Virus record (IMG/VR): IMGVR_UViG_3300032093_000120
DNA length: 64,000 nucleotides
Reading direction: 5' to 3' (one strand)
From: an uncultured virus (IMG/VR IMGVR_UViG_3300032093_000120)
Lineage: Duplodnaviria > Heunggongvirae > Uroviricota > Caudoviricetes
In this document: piece after piece, positions 29,123 to 38,086 of the stretch
How positions within the stretch are numbered: the stretch's first letter is position 1
Layout of the letters: every line of letters begins with the position of its first letter
Notes under the pieces: generated by a model
Told to the model about the DNA's origin: nothing
Databases searched by the model: none
Seen by the model: only the letters and a program-made list of their open reading frames with translations
Program-made: the position numbers and the translations under genes

Positions 29123-29453
29123 GTTGTAACTTTGTTTCAAGATACTCAATGACCCCGCTCATGCGGACTATGTCATCTCTCAAACTGTCGTTCTCTTCTT
29201 CCAGTGCGTTGAGTTGCATAATCAGCCCATCTATAACGTCAGATACTGGACGTTTAAACTCAAAGTCTGGCTTCGCTGCTGGCGTTTTTGCTGGCTTGGC
29301 CTTCTTCGGCTTCTTGACCCCAGCATTACGCATCGTTATATATGTGTAGGTTTGATGAGCGCCACAGGCTTTAGCCACCTCAGGCGCTTTCGCTGTTGGG
29401 TTGTTCTTCACGTACTCAAGAATTGCGTCTTTTTTGCTTGGTTTCTTACTCAT
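29106..29453 (-). CDS. Putative HTH DNA-binding protein with coiled coil
   Basis: 'AILEYVKNNPTAKAPEVAKACG', K/P-rich linker, C-terminal coiled coil. Confidence 0.55.
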   Translation of the reverse strand: MSKKPSKKDAILEYVKNNPTAKAPEVAKACGAHQTYTYITMRNAGVKKPKKAKPAKTPAAKPDFEFKRPVSDVIDGLIMQLNALEEENDSLRDDIVRMSGVIEYLETKLQHATSI

Positions 29454-29462
29454 GTCTACTCC

Positions 29463-29768
29463 TTAAAATGGGATATCGTCATCGGAAATCTCAGCCTTTG
29501 GTGCGGGCTGTGCCACGGGGGTGGGGGTAGCGCCTTGATCCTCAAACTCCTTGCGTTTGACACCTAGTGAGAGGTAGGTCTTACCGCTCTTAGCAACCTT
29601 CTTCCAACCGCTCAACTTAACGATGTGCAGTCCGTCCTCAACTCGGATGTTAGTCATGTCGCTGAGGTTGAGTGCGATCTCTCCGAAATAATCGGGAGAA
29701 GTCTCCTTGCGCTTGCTTTGGGTTGCGTTGAGACTACCTGAGTCGGGGCGGGGTTTAAACTGATCCAT
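29463..29768 (-). CDS. Putative single-stranded DNA-binding protein
   Basis: 'PDYFG...LSGWKK..KSGKTYLSL' and acidic tail DDDIPF; next to the SSAP. Confidence 0.7.
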   Translation of the reverse strand: MDQFKPRPDSGSLNATQSKRKETSPDYFGEIALNLSDMTNIRVEDGLHIVKLSGWKKVAKSGKTYLSLGVKRKEFEDQGATPTPVAQPAPKAEISDDDIPF

Positions 29769-30403
29769 TAGTCTTCCTTCTTAAAATTAGCCTTAGCCTC
29801 TGTAAACCGTGCAAGCACAGTCGTATAGAGGGTCTTATCAAATGCCTTTAACCCCTCAAGTTGGGTATGGTTGGCTTTCCAGTATGACTTCAGTGCGTTT
29901 TCATCCTCACAGATGTCCACAAACTGAATCATTGAGTCCGCAAACAGTTTCATGTTCGCTTCGTTGACCTCAACCTTGGCGGTTGCGGTAGGTGTCTCAA
30001 TTACCTTCACAGGCTCAGGCTCTACGCCAGTTTCAGACGGCAAGTCTTGACCGCCATAGATATACAAGCCAAGTCCATGCATGGCGATTGCCTTGACTAA
30101 GCAACGCATGATGGATGTGTTTACATCAAACGAGTTCGGTGTAGCCACCGGCTTATTCCTGTAGTCCAACACCGGCAACATACAGGTGACGGGCTTATCA
30201 AACATGGTGACGGTTACCCACACCATGAATGTCCCACCTACTGGCATTAAGGGAGAGCCATCAAACATCTCCACCTTAAAGTTAACCTTGGGGTCAGCCT
30301 TTAGTGCCTCTGCCCATGCCCACGCCCAAGACAAATACGTTAGCCCGTTCTTGGACTCCGTATGATCATTGACGTTAATCTTTAGCAAATCAATTGGTGA
30401 CAT
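29768..30403 (-). CDS. Sak3/DUF1071-type single-strand annealing protein
   Basis: 'LTYLSWAWAW', 'LPVLDYRNK', 'NTSIMRCLVKAIA.HGLGLYIY.G.DLP'; ATG 30403 with AAGGAG. Confidence 0.85.
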   Translation of the reverse strand: MSPIDLLKINVNDHTESKNGLTYLSWAWAWAEALKADPKVNFKVEMFDGSPLMPVGGTFMVWVTVTMFDKPVTCMLPVLDYRNKPVATPNSFDVNTSIMRCLVKAIAMHGLGLYIYGGQDLPSETGVEPEPVKVIETPTATAKVEVNEANMKLFADSMIQFVDICEDENALKSYWKANHTQLEGLKAFDKTLYTTVLARFTEAKANFKKED

Positions 30404-31256
30404 TGATTTCTCCTTGGTATTGTTCACACCACTCTGCGACTCCGCAGTAGTTTCCGGTGCACCGCTTGGGTTCACCGAGCCTTGTTTCGACATAGCCCTT
30501 CTCCTTCTCAGCCAGTTCATTGGCTTCTTCAATTGTTTTAAATAGTCGGATCGCAGTCTTGCGTCCTTCGCGCTTTACAGCGTAGATGGTCTCTGATTGC
30601 CATCTGTCTGTGTCTGAACAGGCAGGGAGTTCATCCCCGAAATCTGCCGACACCTTCGCATCTCTGTGTAGGTTTAAACGCTCCCGCACATAGGCCTCAG
30701 TCGTAACTGAGTCCCACATTGGGATGTCCACCATTTCTATTGAGGCTTTTGGGTAGCCTTCTTTTGTCTCATGGCGGTTGAAGTCACGCACCAGTGCGCA
30801 TATCTTTAAGCCAACCACCTTCTTCCTCTTCACTGTCTCCACCAACCACTTATATACGTTGAGTTGCTGTTGCCACTCTTCCTTCTCTTGCATGACTGCC
30901 CACGCTGAGGTGAACTTGTAGTCAATGATTACCACCCCCTCAGGAGTCTCTTGTTGGATGTCAATCGCACCACTGACGGTGACCCCATCCACCTCTTTAT
31001 ATAGACGCTCTTCCATCGTCCACCCATCAGTAACACCCCGCTCCATGACCACGTGCAGTGCTGAACCCAATAGATTCCACAACATATCTGATACATCTTG
31101 TTTGATCTTATCGTTGTACTGTTCTCGCAACCGTTTGATCTTTGGAGGGGACATTATTTCTGTAACGCTGTACTGGGATGCCCCCTTGCTGTAGTACTCC
31201 TTGCTCGCCAGAGTGACCAGTGGCTCTGGTACTCCATGTTTATTTGTTATGATCAT
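30390..31256 (-). CDS. PD-(D/E)xK (Cas4/RecB-like) exonuclease
   Basis: 'GSALH', 'SGAID', 'IIDYKFT', 'QLNVY', C-terminal Cys cluster. Confidence 0.85.
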   Translation of the reverse strand: MIITNKHGVPEPLVTLASKEYYSKGASQYSVTEIMSPPKIKRLREQYNDKIKQDVSDMLWNLLGSALHVVMERGVTDGWTMEERLYKEVDGVTVSGAIDIQQETPEGVVIIDYKFTSAWAVMQEKEEWQQQLNVYKWLVETVKRKKVVGLKICALVRDFNRHETKEGYPKASIEMVDIPMWDSVTTEAYVRERLNLHRDAKVSADFGDELPACSDTDRWQSETIYAVKREGRKTAIRLFKTIEEANELAEKEKGYVETRLGEPKRCTGNYCGVAEWCEQYQGEINVTN

Positions 31257-31270
31257 CGCAACTCCTTTGT

Positions 31271-31711
31271 GTGAAAGTGAATTATAAAATGAATGATAGC
31301 ACTATTGTCAATAGTTTACCATCAATATCTTTATTTATTTTAGGTGAGCCGGCTAGCAAGGCAAACTCTAGACGTGTGGTGAGGTTTGGCAACATGTCCC
31401 GCCTGATCAAATCACAGAAGGCACTTAACTATTCAGAGGAGTTCCGTGCCCAGTGCCCACAGTTGGGACGGTTAATGGACGGTGACCTCAGGGTAACCAT
31501 GCGTATCTATTACGCAACAAGGAGACCTGACTTAGACGAGAGCCTGATCCTTGATCTTATGCAAGGGCTGATCTATGAGAACGACCGTCAGGTAAAGGAA
31601 CGTCACACCTACTGGGGTCTTGACCCAGCTAATCCTAGGGCAGAAATCATTGTTGACCAGTTACCAACAGAGGAAAAAAAACCCCGCAAGAAGCGGGGTA
31701 AGAAGGAGTAG
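31271..31711 (+). CDS. rusA: RusA-like Holliday junction resolvase (true start may be 31289)
   Basis: 'GEPASKANSRR', 'RRPDLD...LDLMQG.IYENDRQV', 'PRAEIIV'. Confidence 0.8.
   Translation: MKVNYKMNDSTIVNSLPSISLFILGEPASKANSRRVVRFGNMSRLIKSQKALNYSEEFRAQCPQLGRLMDGDLRVTMRIYYATRRPDLDESLILDLMQGLIYENDRQVKERHTYWGLDPANPRAEIIVDQLPTEEKKPRKKRGKKE
31281..31311 (-). promoter_or_regulatory. Leftward sigma70-type promoter TTGACA-N19-TATAAT
   Basis: ATTATA 31281-86 and TGTCAA 31306-11 on the + strand, upstream of the recombination operon. Confidence 0.55.
31674..31699 (-). terminator. Intrinsic terminator (leftward)
   Basis: A7 run followed by ACCCCGC-AAGAA-GCGGGGT. Confidence 0.5.
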
Positions 31712-31865
31712 ACAAATACAAAAAGCTGTTGCCAGCGGGTGTAGTGTAAATCATTTGGACAGGATGGGCGGGTTTATGCGGGAATTGTGGTGATGCGGTG
31801 ATGTGACGACGATTACCAGAAAACTCCCGAAATCAAGTCCTTCATGTCCTACATGTCCTAAAAGA

Positions 31866-32008
31866 CCCGTTTAAACGCACAAATATAACCAGCAGCGGCT
31901 CACCGGGTGACCCTTACCCCCGTTTAAACGCATAAATTCACACCCCGGAGGTAAAAGCGGCAATAAGTACTTGGCACGGGTATCACAGGTATCACCCGTT
32001 TAAACGCA
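31866..32008. repeat. Three direct copies of CCCGTTTAAACGCA
   Basis: Copies at 31866, 31919 and 31995. Confidence 0.9.
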
Positions 32009-32069
32009 TAGCAGGAAGATAACAATAAGTCGTTCATAACTTGACTTATAAAAAATATTTTGATACCGC

Positions 32070-32100
32070 TTGACACAACTTGAAATAATGTGTCTATAAT
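32070..32100 (+). promoter_or_regulatory. Rightward sigma70-type promoter TTGACA-N19-TATAAT
   Basis: TTGACA 32070-75, TATAAT 32095-100. Confidence 0.6.
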
Positions 32101-32107
32101 CAAAACC

Positions 32108-32205
32108 GTTGTCGTAGTGGACAGCAAATGGAAAGCCGTTTACTCATGCATCTGCTCCTGTTAAAGGGAGTCCACTACCGGATGCAGTAGTAAGCGGCTT
32201 TTTTT
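32108..32205 (+). ncRNA. Structured leader RNA with terminator and possible pseudoknot
   Basis: Stems 32132-44/32189-201 and 32147-52/32181-86 followed by a U-run; 32114-22 is complementary to 32170-78. Confidence 0.55.
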
Positions 32206-32491
32206 ATTGTCCCCACACAACCGTACTCCGCACGTTAGTAAGACTTCATCCTGAGGGCGCGGAAGAAAAGGGTACACGGTACGTCTATGACTAGGGGGCA
32301 GTTCCCGAACAATCCGTGCGACTGGTCTAATCATCAAGTCGGGGGCATACGGTTAAAAACCGTAGCATGATGATCCTGTTTAACAGGGGTGAAACACCTT
32401 CTCCTTCTTACTTCACGCTGTGGGGTAGGGGGGTCTTTGGGTGAAACAATGTGAATAGCCCCGCCAAGGGGCAATGACGAAGGAGTGACGC

Positions 32492-32722
32492 ATGTACGGT
32501 TATTACAGGTCAGGCAAGAAGATAAACGGTATCAGGGAAATCATCATTGTCCACATACTCAAGGACGGTCAAAATGCTTACTGCGAGGTTCCCAAAAGGT
32601 TAACCCCAAGTGAATTTACCCTCGGCAAACACATCTGCGGTGGGTGTAAGACTCTGAAGAAGAAGATAGAAAAAGAACAAAGAAAGAAAGAGATGGCGGA
32701 ATACACCGCCTCAATGTTTTAA
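32492..32722 (+). CDS. Small Cys/His protein
   Basis: AAGGAG RBS; H..C...CGGC. Confidence 0.55.
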   Translation: MYGYYRSGKKINGIREIIIVHILKDGQNAYCEVPKRLTPSEFTLGKHICGGCKTLKKKIEKEQRKKEMAEYTASMF

Positions 32723-32736
32723 CTAAGGAGTGACAA

Positions 32737-33054
32737 ATGGAAGATTACAGTGACAGCATGGATGACGGGGCGTTCCCCGACATTAACAATGAAGAACCGC
32801 AGAGTTCGTTTAACACAGATGATTTCAAGATACTGCCCAAGCCGGTGTCCATGATCATCAATGACCTGAGTATGGAGAGTGTGTACATATCGCACTTCCT
32901 AGAGTCCGGCGGGGTCATCAAAGAGATGCTCCCACCCAAGTGGACTAAGAGTTATTTTGTTGCCTACAGGCAGAGCAAGATAAAAGGCTACGGTGACACA
33001 CCGTTACAAGCCATAACCATGTGGTCACTTAAGACAAGTATTAGCGAGGTCTGA
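32737..33054 (+). CDS. Hypothetical protein
   Basis: AAGGAG RBS; 'GDTPLQAI' motif. Confidence 0.55.
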   Translation: MEDYSDSMDDGAFPDINNEEPQSSFNTDDFKILPKPVSMIINDLSMESVYISHFLESGGVIKEMLPPKWTKSYFVAYRQSKIKGYGDTPLQAITMWSLKTSISEV

Positions 33055-33056
33055 CC

Positions 33057-33521
33057 GTGAGCAACCAAGAGAACTTTAAGCGGTTCGTTGAGCATCTAGA
33101 CGCAAGCCATGCGGGCGTTTGGACGGTGGCTAACTGGTTAAGCAGTCGGGGTAATACGGTAACCATCCCGCCCACCACGGTGGCTAAGTCTTATGAGGAC
33201 AGGCTAAACCATGTTGACGGGGGTGACCTATTCATCCAACAACGCATTGAGGTAAAGGTGCGTAACCTTGACTTCACATCTAGGGATGACTTCCCATACA
33301 AGGACGGCATGTTGGTATGCGCCAAGCATTCCTATGACAACGCCTCTCCTAAACCCTATGCATACGTTTATCTTAATAAGGCAATGACCCATGTTGCCTT
33401 GATAATGGCTACGACATCCAAGCACTGGACGGTCAAAGATGTTAAGGATTCAAGGTACGTTGAGTCCAACCAACTCACGTATGAATGCCCGCTTGAGTGG
33501 GTAATTTTTTCTAAGATGTAA
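33057..33521 (+). CDS. Putative PD-(D/E)xK-fold protein
   Basis: 'DGGDLF...RIEVK' motif. Confidence 0.5.
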   Translation: MSNQENFKRFVEHLDASHAGVWTVANWLSSRGNTVTIPPTTVAKSYEDRLNHVDGGDLFIQQRIEVKVRNLDFTSRDDFPYKDGMLVCAKHSYDNASPKPYAYVYLNKAMTHVALIMATTSKHWTVKDVKDSRYVESNQLTYECPLEWVIFSKM

Positions 33522-33530
33522 GGAACTATC

Positions 33531-33773
33531 ATGCCCCGTGATTACCGTAAAGAATATGACAACTACCAAGGAAAGCCTGAGCAACTGAAGAATCGGGCTG
33601 AACGAAACAAGGCACGTGCCGACCTAGTGAAGAAAGGTGTAAACGTTGCCGGCAAGGATGTAGCGCACGTCAAGGCCTTGTCCAAAGGCGGAAGCAACAA
33701 GACCGGAGTGCGTGTTGAGCCGGCCTCCAAGAACCGATCATTTAAACGCAAGTCTGACGGGAGCATGAAATGA
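33531..33773 (+). CDS. Small HNH endonuclease-like protein
   Basis: 'RDYRKEY..RNKAR..GKDVAH.KALSKGGSN..RV..ASKNRS'. Confidence 0.7.
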   Translation: MPRDYRKEYDNYQGKPEQLKNRAERNKARADLVKKGVNVAGKDVAHVKALSKGGSNKTGVRVEPASKNRSFKRKSDGSMK

Positions 33774-34024
33774 CCCGACAAGACATAGCAGACATGTACG
33801 GTGATGAACTGCTGTTCATTGACCCTGAGAAGTTTGACAAGTGCATCATCGGTGTTGCCACTCGCTGTGGCATGCCGTGCTCCGTGGTCTATGACAAAGA
33901 TGAACTCATCAAGGTTTACATGGACGAAGGCATGAATGAAGAAGAGGCACTTGAATTCATATCGTTTAACGTTGAAGGTGCGTACGTTGGAGAAACGACC
34001 CCGCTAATCATGGAGCGGATATGA
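33770..34024 (+). CDS. Conserved phage hypothetical protein
   Basis: 'FDKCIIGV...VVYD...M.EEEALEF..FNVEGAYVGETTP'. Confidence 0.65.
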   Translation: MTRQDIADMYGDELLFIDPEKFDKCIIGVATRCGMPCSVVYDKDELIKVYMDEGMNEEEALEFISFNVEGAYVGETTPLIMERI

Positions 34025-35703
34025 ACCTAGACCATGTAGATTTCAACGAACACGCACGCATCGCCTGTCCCGAATGCTCGGACGATAGGAAGAAGTCCAA
34101 CTCAAAAGACATGACCCTGACCCGTAAACCAAACGGGGCAATCATGTACCACTGCCACCATTGCCTCACAAGCGGGCTTTTAAAACCTCAAAACGCACAA
34201 CCTAGGGAGAATAAATTGTCCGCTGTACCCAACGTAGCAATCACAAATAATAAATTGCAGGAACATCACTACGCGTGGTTGTTTAAACGAGGTATATCCC
34301 AGCAGACCGCAGACAAAATGAAATTGTTCGCTGCCGATAAGTTTTTTAGCAAACTCGGCAAGACATCTGAAGCCATCGGTTTCCCCTACTACAGGAATGG
34401 CGCACTCGTAGCAGTTAAGTACCGCTCGTTCCCTGAGAAAGACTTCACCCAAGACTCAGGCGGGGCACATGATTTCTTTGGCATCGACCTAGTTGAGAAG
34501 GGCAAGCCCATCATCATTGTTGAAGGTGAAATAGACGCACTCACAGTTATGGAATGTGGAATAGAGAACGTGGTCTCCGTGCCTAGTGGTGCTCCCATCA
34601 AAGTGGCAGACGGTAAAGTATTGCCAAGCGAAGACAAGAAGTTTGCCTATGTATGGAACGCAAGAGAGATCATTGAGTCAGCACCCTACATCGTATTAGC
34701 CACCGACCAAGACTCAGCGGGTCAAGCACTAGCCGAAGAGTTAGCCCGTCGTATCGGTAAAGACAAGTGCCGTATTGCCAAGTTTGACAAGAAGGATTTA
34801 AATGAGGTTCTACTTGATGACCCCACTCGGCATAGTGTCAGGGAGATCATAGACAAGGCAACACCGTACCCCGTGGCGGGCTTGTCTGATGCGGGCATGT
34901 ACTTTGACCGTTTAAACGACCTCTTCAACAAGGGTACTGGAAAGGGTTTCTCAACAGGTTATACCTCGGTAGATAGCGTTTACACGGTAGCACCTAGCCA
35001 ATTGACAGTCGTCACAGGTTATCCGTCATCAGGCAAATCTAACTTCATCGATCAGGTCATGGTCAACCTAGCCAAGCAGTCGGATTGGAAGTTCGCTGTG
35101 TGCTCCTTTGAGAATCAACCTGAGATTCATATCTCACGCCTCATGGAGATTTACACCAAGAAGCGGTTTTTTGATGGCAAGGATCGGATGTCGGATTGGG
35201 AAAAACAGGATGCGTTTAAATGGGTACAGGATCACTTCCTGTTTATCGATACCAACGGGGAAGAACCTTCAACCTTGGATTCAATCCTAGACCGTGCACG
35301 CATTGCAGTTAAACGTATGGGTGTGCGGGGCATGGTGATTGATCCCTACAACTACATAGAGTTAGACAAGAGTAACTCCACTGAGACCGAAGCCATCAGC
35401 AACATGTTGACCAAGGTTCAAAAGTTCGTCAAAGCCAACGACGTGCATTGTTGGTTCATCGCTCACCCATCTAAGATTAACCGTGCGGGGGTTGAACAGC
35501 CCCGACCTGACGGCATGTCAATCAGCGGATCGATGGCATGGTGGGCGAAGACTGACTGCGGTATCACTGTGCATAGACAGGAGCAGTGCGTTGAAATCGC
35601 TGTGTGGAAATGTAGGCATCGGTGGATTGGGACGCAAGGGGAAACGACCCTTCTCTACAACAAGACGTCAGGCACGTACTCAGAGAACCTAGATCAGTTC
35701 TAG
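34021..35703 (+). CDS. T7 gp4/Twinkle-like primase-helicase
   Basis: N-terminal Zn finger (CPEC..CHHC), TOPRIM 'IVEGEIDAL', 'ATDQD', Walker A 'GYPSSGKS', 'IAHPSK'. Confidence 0.92.
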   Translation: MNLDHVDFNEHARIACPECSDDRKKSNSKDMTLTRKPNGAIMYHCHHCLTSGLLKPQNAQPRENKLSAVPNVAITNNKLQEHHYAWLFKRGISQQTADKMKLFAADKFFSKLGKTSEAIGFPYYRNGALVAVKYRSFPEKDFTQDSGGAHDFFGIDLVEKGKPIIIVEGEIDALTVMECGIENVVSVPSGAPIKVADGKVLPSEDKKFAYVWNAREIIESAPYIVLATDQDSAGQALAEELARRIGKDKCRIAKFDKKDLNEVLLDDPTRHSVREIIDKATPYPVAGLSDAGMYFDRLNDLFNKGTGKGFSTGYTSVDSVYTVAPSQLTVVTGYPSSGKSNFIDQVMVNLAKQSDWKFAVCSFENQPEIHISRLMEIYTKKRFFDGKDRMSDWEKQDAFKWVQDHFLFIDTNGEEPSTLDSILDRARIAVKRMGVRGMVIDPYNYIELDKSNSTETEAISNMLTKVQKFVKANDVHCWFIAHPSKINRAGVEQPRPDGMSISGSMAWWAKTDCGITVHRQEQCVEIAVWKCRHRWIGTQGETTLLYNKTSGTYSENLDQF

Positions 35704-35727
35704 TTAGAAAACTTAAGGAGAGAAAAT

Positions 35728-35750
35728 GGGGACTGGATGTCCCCTTTTTT
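35728..35750 (+). terminator. Intrinsic terminator after primase-helicase
   Basis: GGGGAC-TGGAT-GTCCCC followed by a T run. Confidence 0.75.
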
Positions 35751-35753
35751 ATG

Positions 35754-36007
35754 TACCTGCTGTGCGTTTAAACAGGGGGGGGGGGGGGGTGGGGTGATTC
35801 CTAGCATGCCCCCCGTCATGCTTTTCAAAAGTCCCCTTGGTAAACGTAGTCAAAACCAAGGGGGTTAGAAGTCAGTCACATCACCCACGCTAGACCTCCA
35901 ACTTATACCTGCTGTGCGTTTAAACGGTACTTCTGGCCGCTGCTGGATGCTGTTGGTGCGGCCTATTATGTTTAAACACTCAATCTGGCTTAAACACTCA
36001 ATCTGGC
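35754..36007. repeat. Repeat cluster: 20-bp direct repeat, G15 tract and 18-bp tandem repeat
   Basis: TACCTGCTGTGCGTTTAAAC at 35754 and 35906; G15 at 35775-89; TTAAACACTCAATCTGGC twice at 35972-36007. Confidence 0.9.
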
Positions 36008-36232
36008 ACGGTACACGGCTCGGTGCAATGAATCAAAGCGACCACAAAGTCGGGGTAACCGACCCTTGGTCATCTTGTAAACATTCCAACTGCCGTTGTA
36101 GGAAATGTACTTCTCACCCACGCTGATAAACCGCTCGTCATTTTGTAGATTGACTAGGCTGTCGTATTTGTAAGCGGTCTTTAAAAACATGGGGTCTCTG
36201 TTGGTGATGGTCTTAATCGGATTCACATTCAT
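35990..36232 (-). CDS. Hypothetical protein (last gene of the leftward early operon)
   Basis: ORF track; operon context. Confidence 0.45.
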   Translation of the reverse strand: MNVNPIKTITNRDPMFLKTAYKYDSLVNLQNDERFISVGEKYISYNGSWNVYKMTKGRLPRLCGRFDSLHRAVYRARLSV

Positions 36233-36367
36233 CCTCAGTCAGACTAACACCGATCCTCTTTTGCTCGTCCTCAGGCATGTGCTCAAGAACCAACATCACA
36301 AGATAAGCGGTCTCTGAATCAAATAGGTAATTAACCAGTGCCTCTCGTTCACGGTCAGTAAGATTTG

Positions 36368-36658
36368 TCATTTCGCACTCCACTTCGACAGCACAGCCAG
36401 CGCACCGTTTAAACGCTCTGTGAAGTCATCATCCTCAACACCAAAATTGTGGATGTATGTGTCGGGTGCGTTCTCTTGTGCCAATTTAATCACTCCTTGC
36501 AACGCTGAAATCAACTCAGAATTGTTGCTTGCAATCTTCCACAAGTCATCAGCAAAGTCAATTAAATTTGTACTCAGCAAGAGGTCATGTTTTTTTGCAA
36601 GCGCATCCAACATTTTTTCCACCTCACTCCACGGTTTGTTGTTTAAATCACTGATCAT
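36368..36658 (-). CDS. Hypothetical early protein
   Basis: Likely start MISDLNN after AAGGAGG. Confidence 0.55.
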   Translation of the reverse strand: MISDLNNKPWSEVEKMLDALAKKHDLLLSTNLIDFADDLWKIASNNSELISALQGVIKLAQENAPDTYIHNFGVEDDDFTERLNGALAVLSKWSAK

Positions 36659-36841
36659 TTTGCATCCTCCTTCACACGTATTGCCCAAACAATTCTTATC
36701 CAACCATACAAATTCTGTGCTTCTTTTAAGTCATCAAACGTGTTGTTTCCGTCCTCATCATTGACGTAATCGCCTGTCTCTGAGTTCATTACCATGTAAC
36801 CCGCAGAGGTTTTAATAATTGCAAATGTCATTCTGTGCTCC

Positions 36842-37099
36842 TTAAAGAACTGATAAATATTTACTTAACACCTCAAAGTCTTCTTTAGGTATCTCTGTGC
36901 TACCCGAATCAAATATCAATGAGGAGTCAGACCAATAGCCCTCTTGGTCTTCATCCCAATCATCCTCGTCACCACCACGCCACTCCATAGCCACCCTCTC
37001 TGCGTACTCACTAGGGTTACCCGCAGTGGCAAATAAATACTTTGTGTCGTATTCCAAATCACCATTGCGCTCATGTATTTCGCCAATGTAATATTTCAT
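36842..37099 (-). CDS. Acidic hypothetical early protein
   Basis: AGGAG RBS; ATGA overlap. Confidence 0.6.
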   Translation of the reverse strand: MKYYIGEIHERNGDLEYDTKYLFATAGNPSEYAERVAMEWRGGDEDDWDEDQEGYWSDSSLIFDSGSTEIPKEDFEVLSKYLSVL

Positions 37100-37314
37100 T
37101 TTGTTACTCCTGTAAATTCTTTAACACGGTAGTCGATTACCTCGCCACCACCCTTCGCACGCCCACCATCAATCATGCGTTTAAACATGACTGCTCGCTC
37201 CTCTGCCTCATCTTTGGTGTCATGTATGGACAACAAGTCCCAACGATTAGGCACGGTCTTAAACTTTAATAATCGCTCTAAAACGTATGTCATGGGCAAC
37301 CACCGTTTTCCCAT
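37096..37314 (-). CDS. Hypothetical early protein
   Basis: ORF track; coupled to the next gene. Confidence 0.5.
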   Translation of the reverse strand: MGKRWLPMTYVLERLLKFKTVPNRWDLLSIHDTKDEAEERAVMFKRMIDGGRAKGGGEVIDYRVKEFTGVTK

Positions 37315-37462
37315 TCAATGCGTTCTTGCAATAACTCTTTTGCTAATGACAATGCGTGATCCAACAACTCGCTGAGTTTCTCCTTGTCATCAGCGAATTG
37401 TTTGCACAAATCGATAGCGTCTACTATTTCCTCTTCTTTTAGTTCCATTTCAATACTCCTGT

Positions 37463-37672
37463 TTAAACGTTATCTTCATCGCTATCACCACTCCTCCACT
37501 CCGTAGTCACCCAATACAAATCAACTACGTCACCCACATTTACAACGTCACTAATGGGTATGCGCTTATCTCCCTCCCATGAGTACACCTTGAAATCTTG
37601 TGGCATCTCTTTTAGAACCTCAATAAGTTCTGCGACCGTCAGTGTTGCTTTATTACCTAACATGATTAGCAC
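37463..37672 (-). CDS. Hypothetical early protein
   Basis: 'LTVAELIEVLKEMPQD..V' motif common in small phage proteins. Confidence 0.55.
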   Translation of the reverse strand: MLIMLGNKATLTVAELIEVLKEMPQDFKVYSWEGDKRIPISDVVNVGDVVDLYWVTTEWRSGDSDEDNV

Positions 37673-37875
37673 TCCTTAAAATTAAATGGCAAGTGGGTTT
37701 CGCTCATAACGTCACCCTCAGCGTTATAGACAATGACAATGAACATGTCTTCTTTTTGTTGGACATATACATAGCCGTTCTGCTTAATGACATCGCCACC
37801 GTCATCATGCATATCAAAGTTAACCACCACTGAGTCATCATCCAAGCGATCAGTGTTCATCACTACTGTTTTCAT
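37666..37875 (-). CDS. Hypothetical early protein
   Basis: AAGGAGTAGAT-ATG start. Confidence 0.55.
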   Translation of the reverse strand: MKTVVMNTDRLDDDSVVVNFDMHDDGGDVIKQNGYVYVQQKEDMFIVIVYNAEGDVMSETHLPFNFKEC

Positions 37876-38086
37876 ATCTACTCCTTTAATTAACTACAAA
37901 GTCACGTTGAAATTTTTCTATCAACTGATCGGCTTTACTCGCCAACTCTTCTTTTTGCTCTCTCGTAATAATCACTGTGCCTGATGCAACCCACATCAAC
38001 TCCTTCATTGTGTTAACAATTAGACGTTGCATTTCAGTGCCACTGACAGAATCTAAATTGTTCATATCTACTCCTATGTTTAAACG

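Noticed and set aside
30390..31256. Cas4-like nuclease as evidence of a CRISPR system
   Set aside because: No array or other cas genes; its position next to the SSAP and SSB indicates a recombination exonuclease.
31866..32008. Mini-CRISPR array
   Set aside because: The repeat is only 14 bp and the spacing is unequal (53 and 76 bp).
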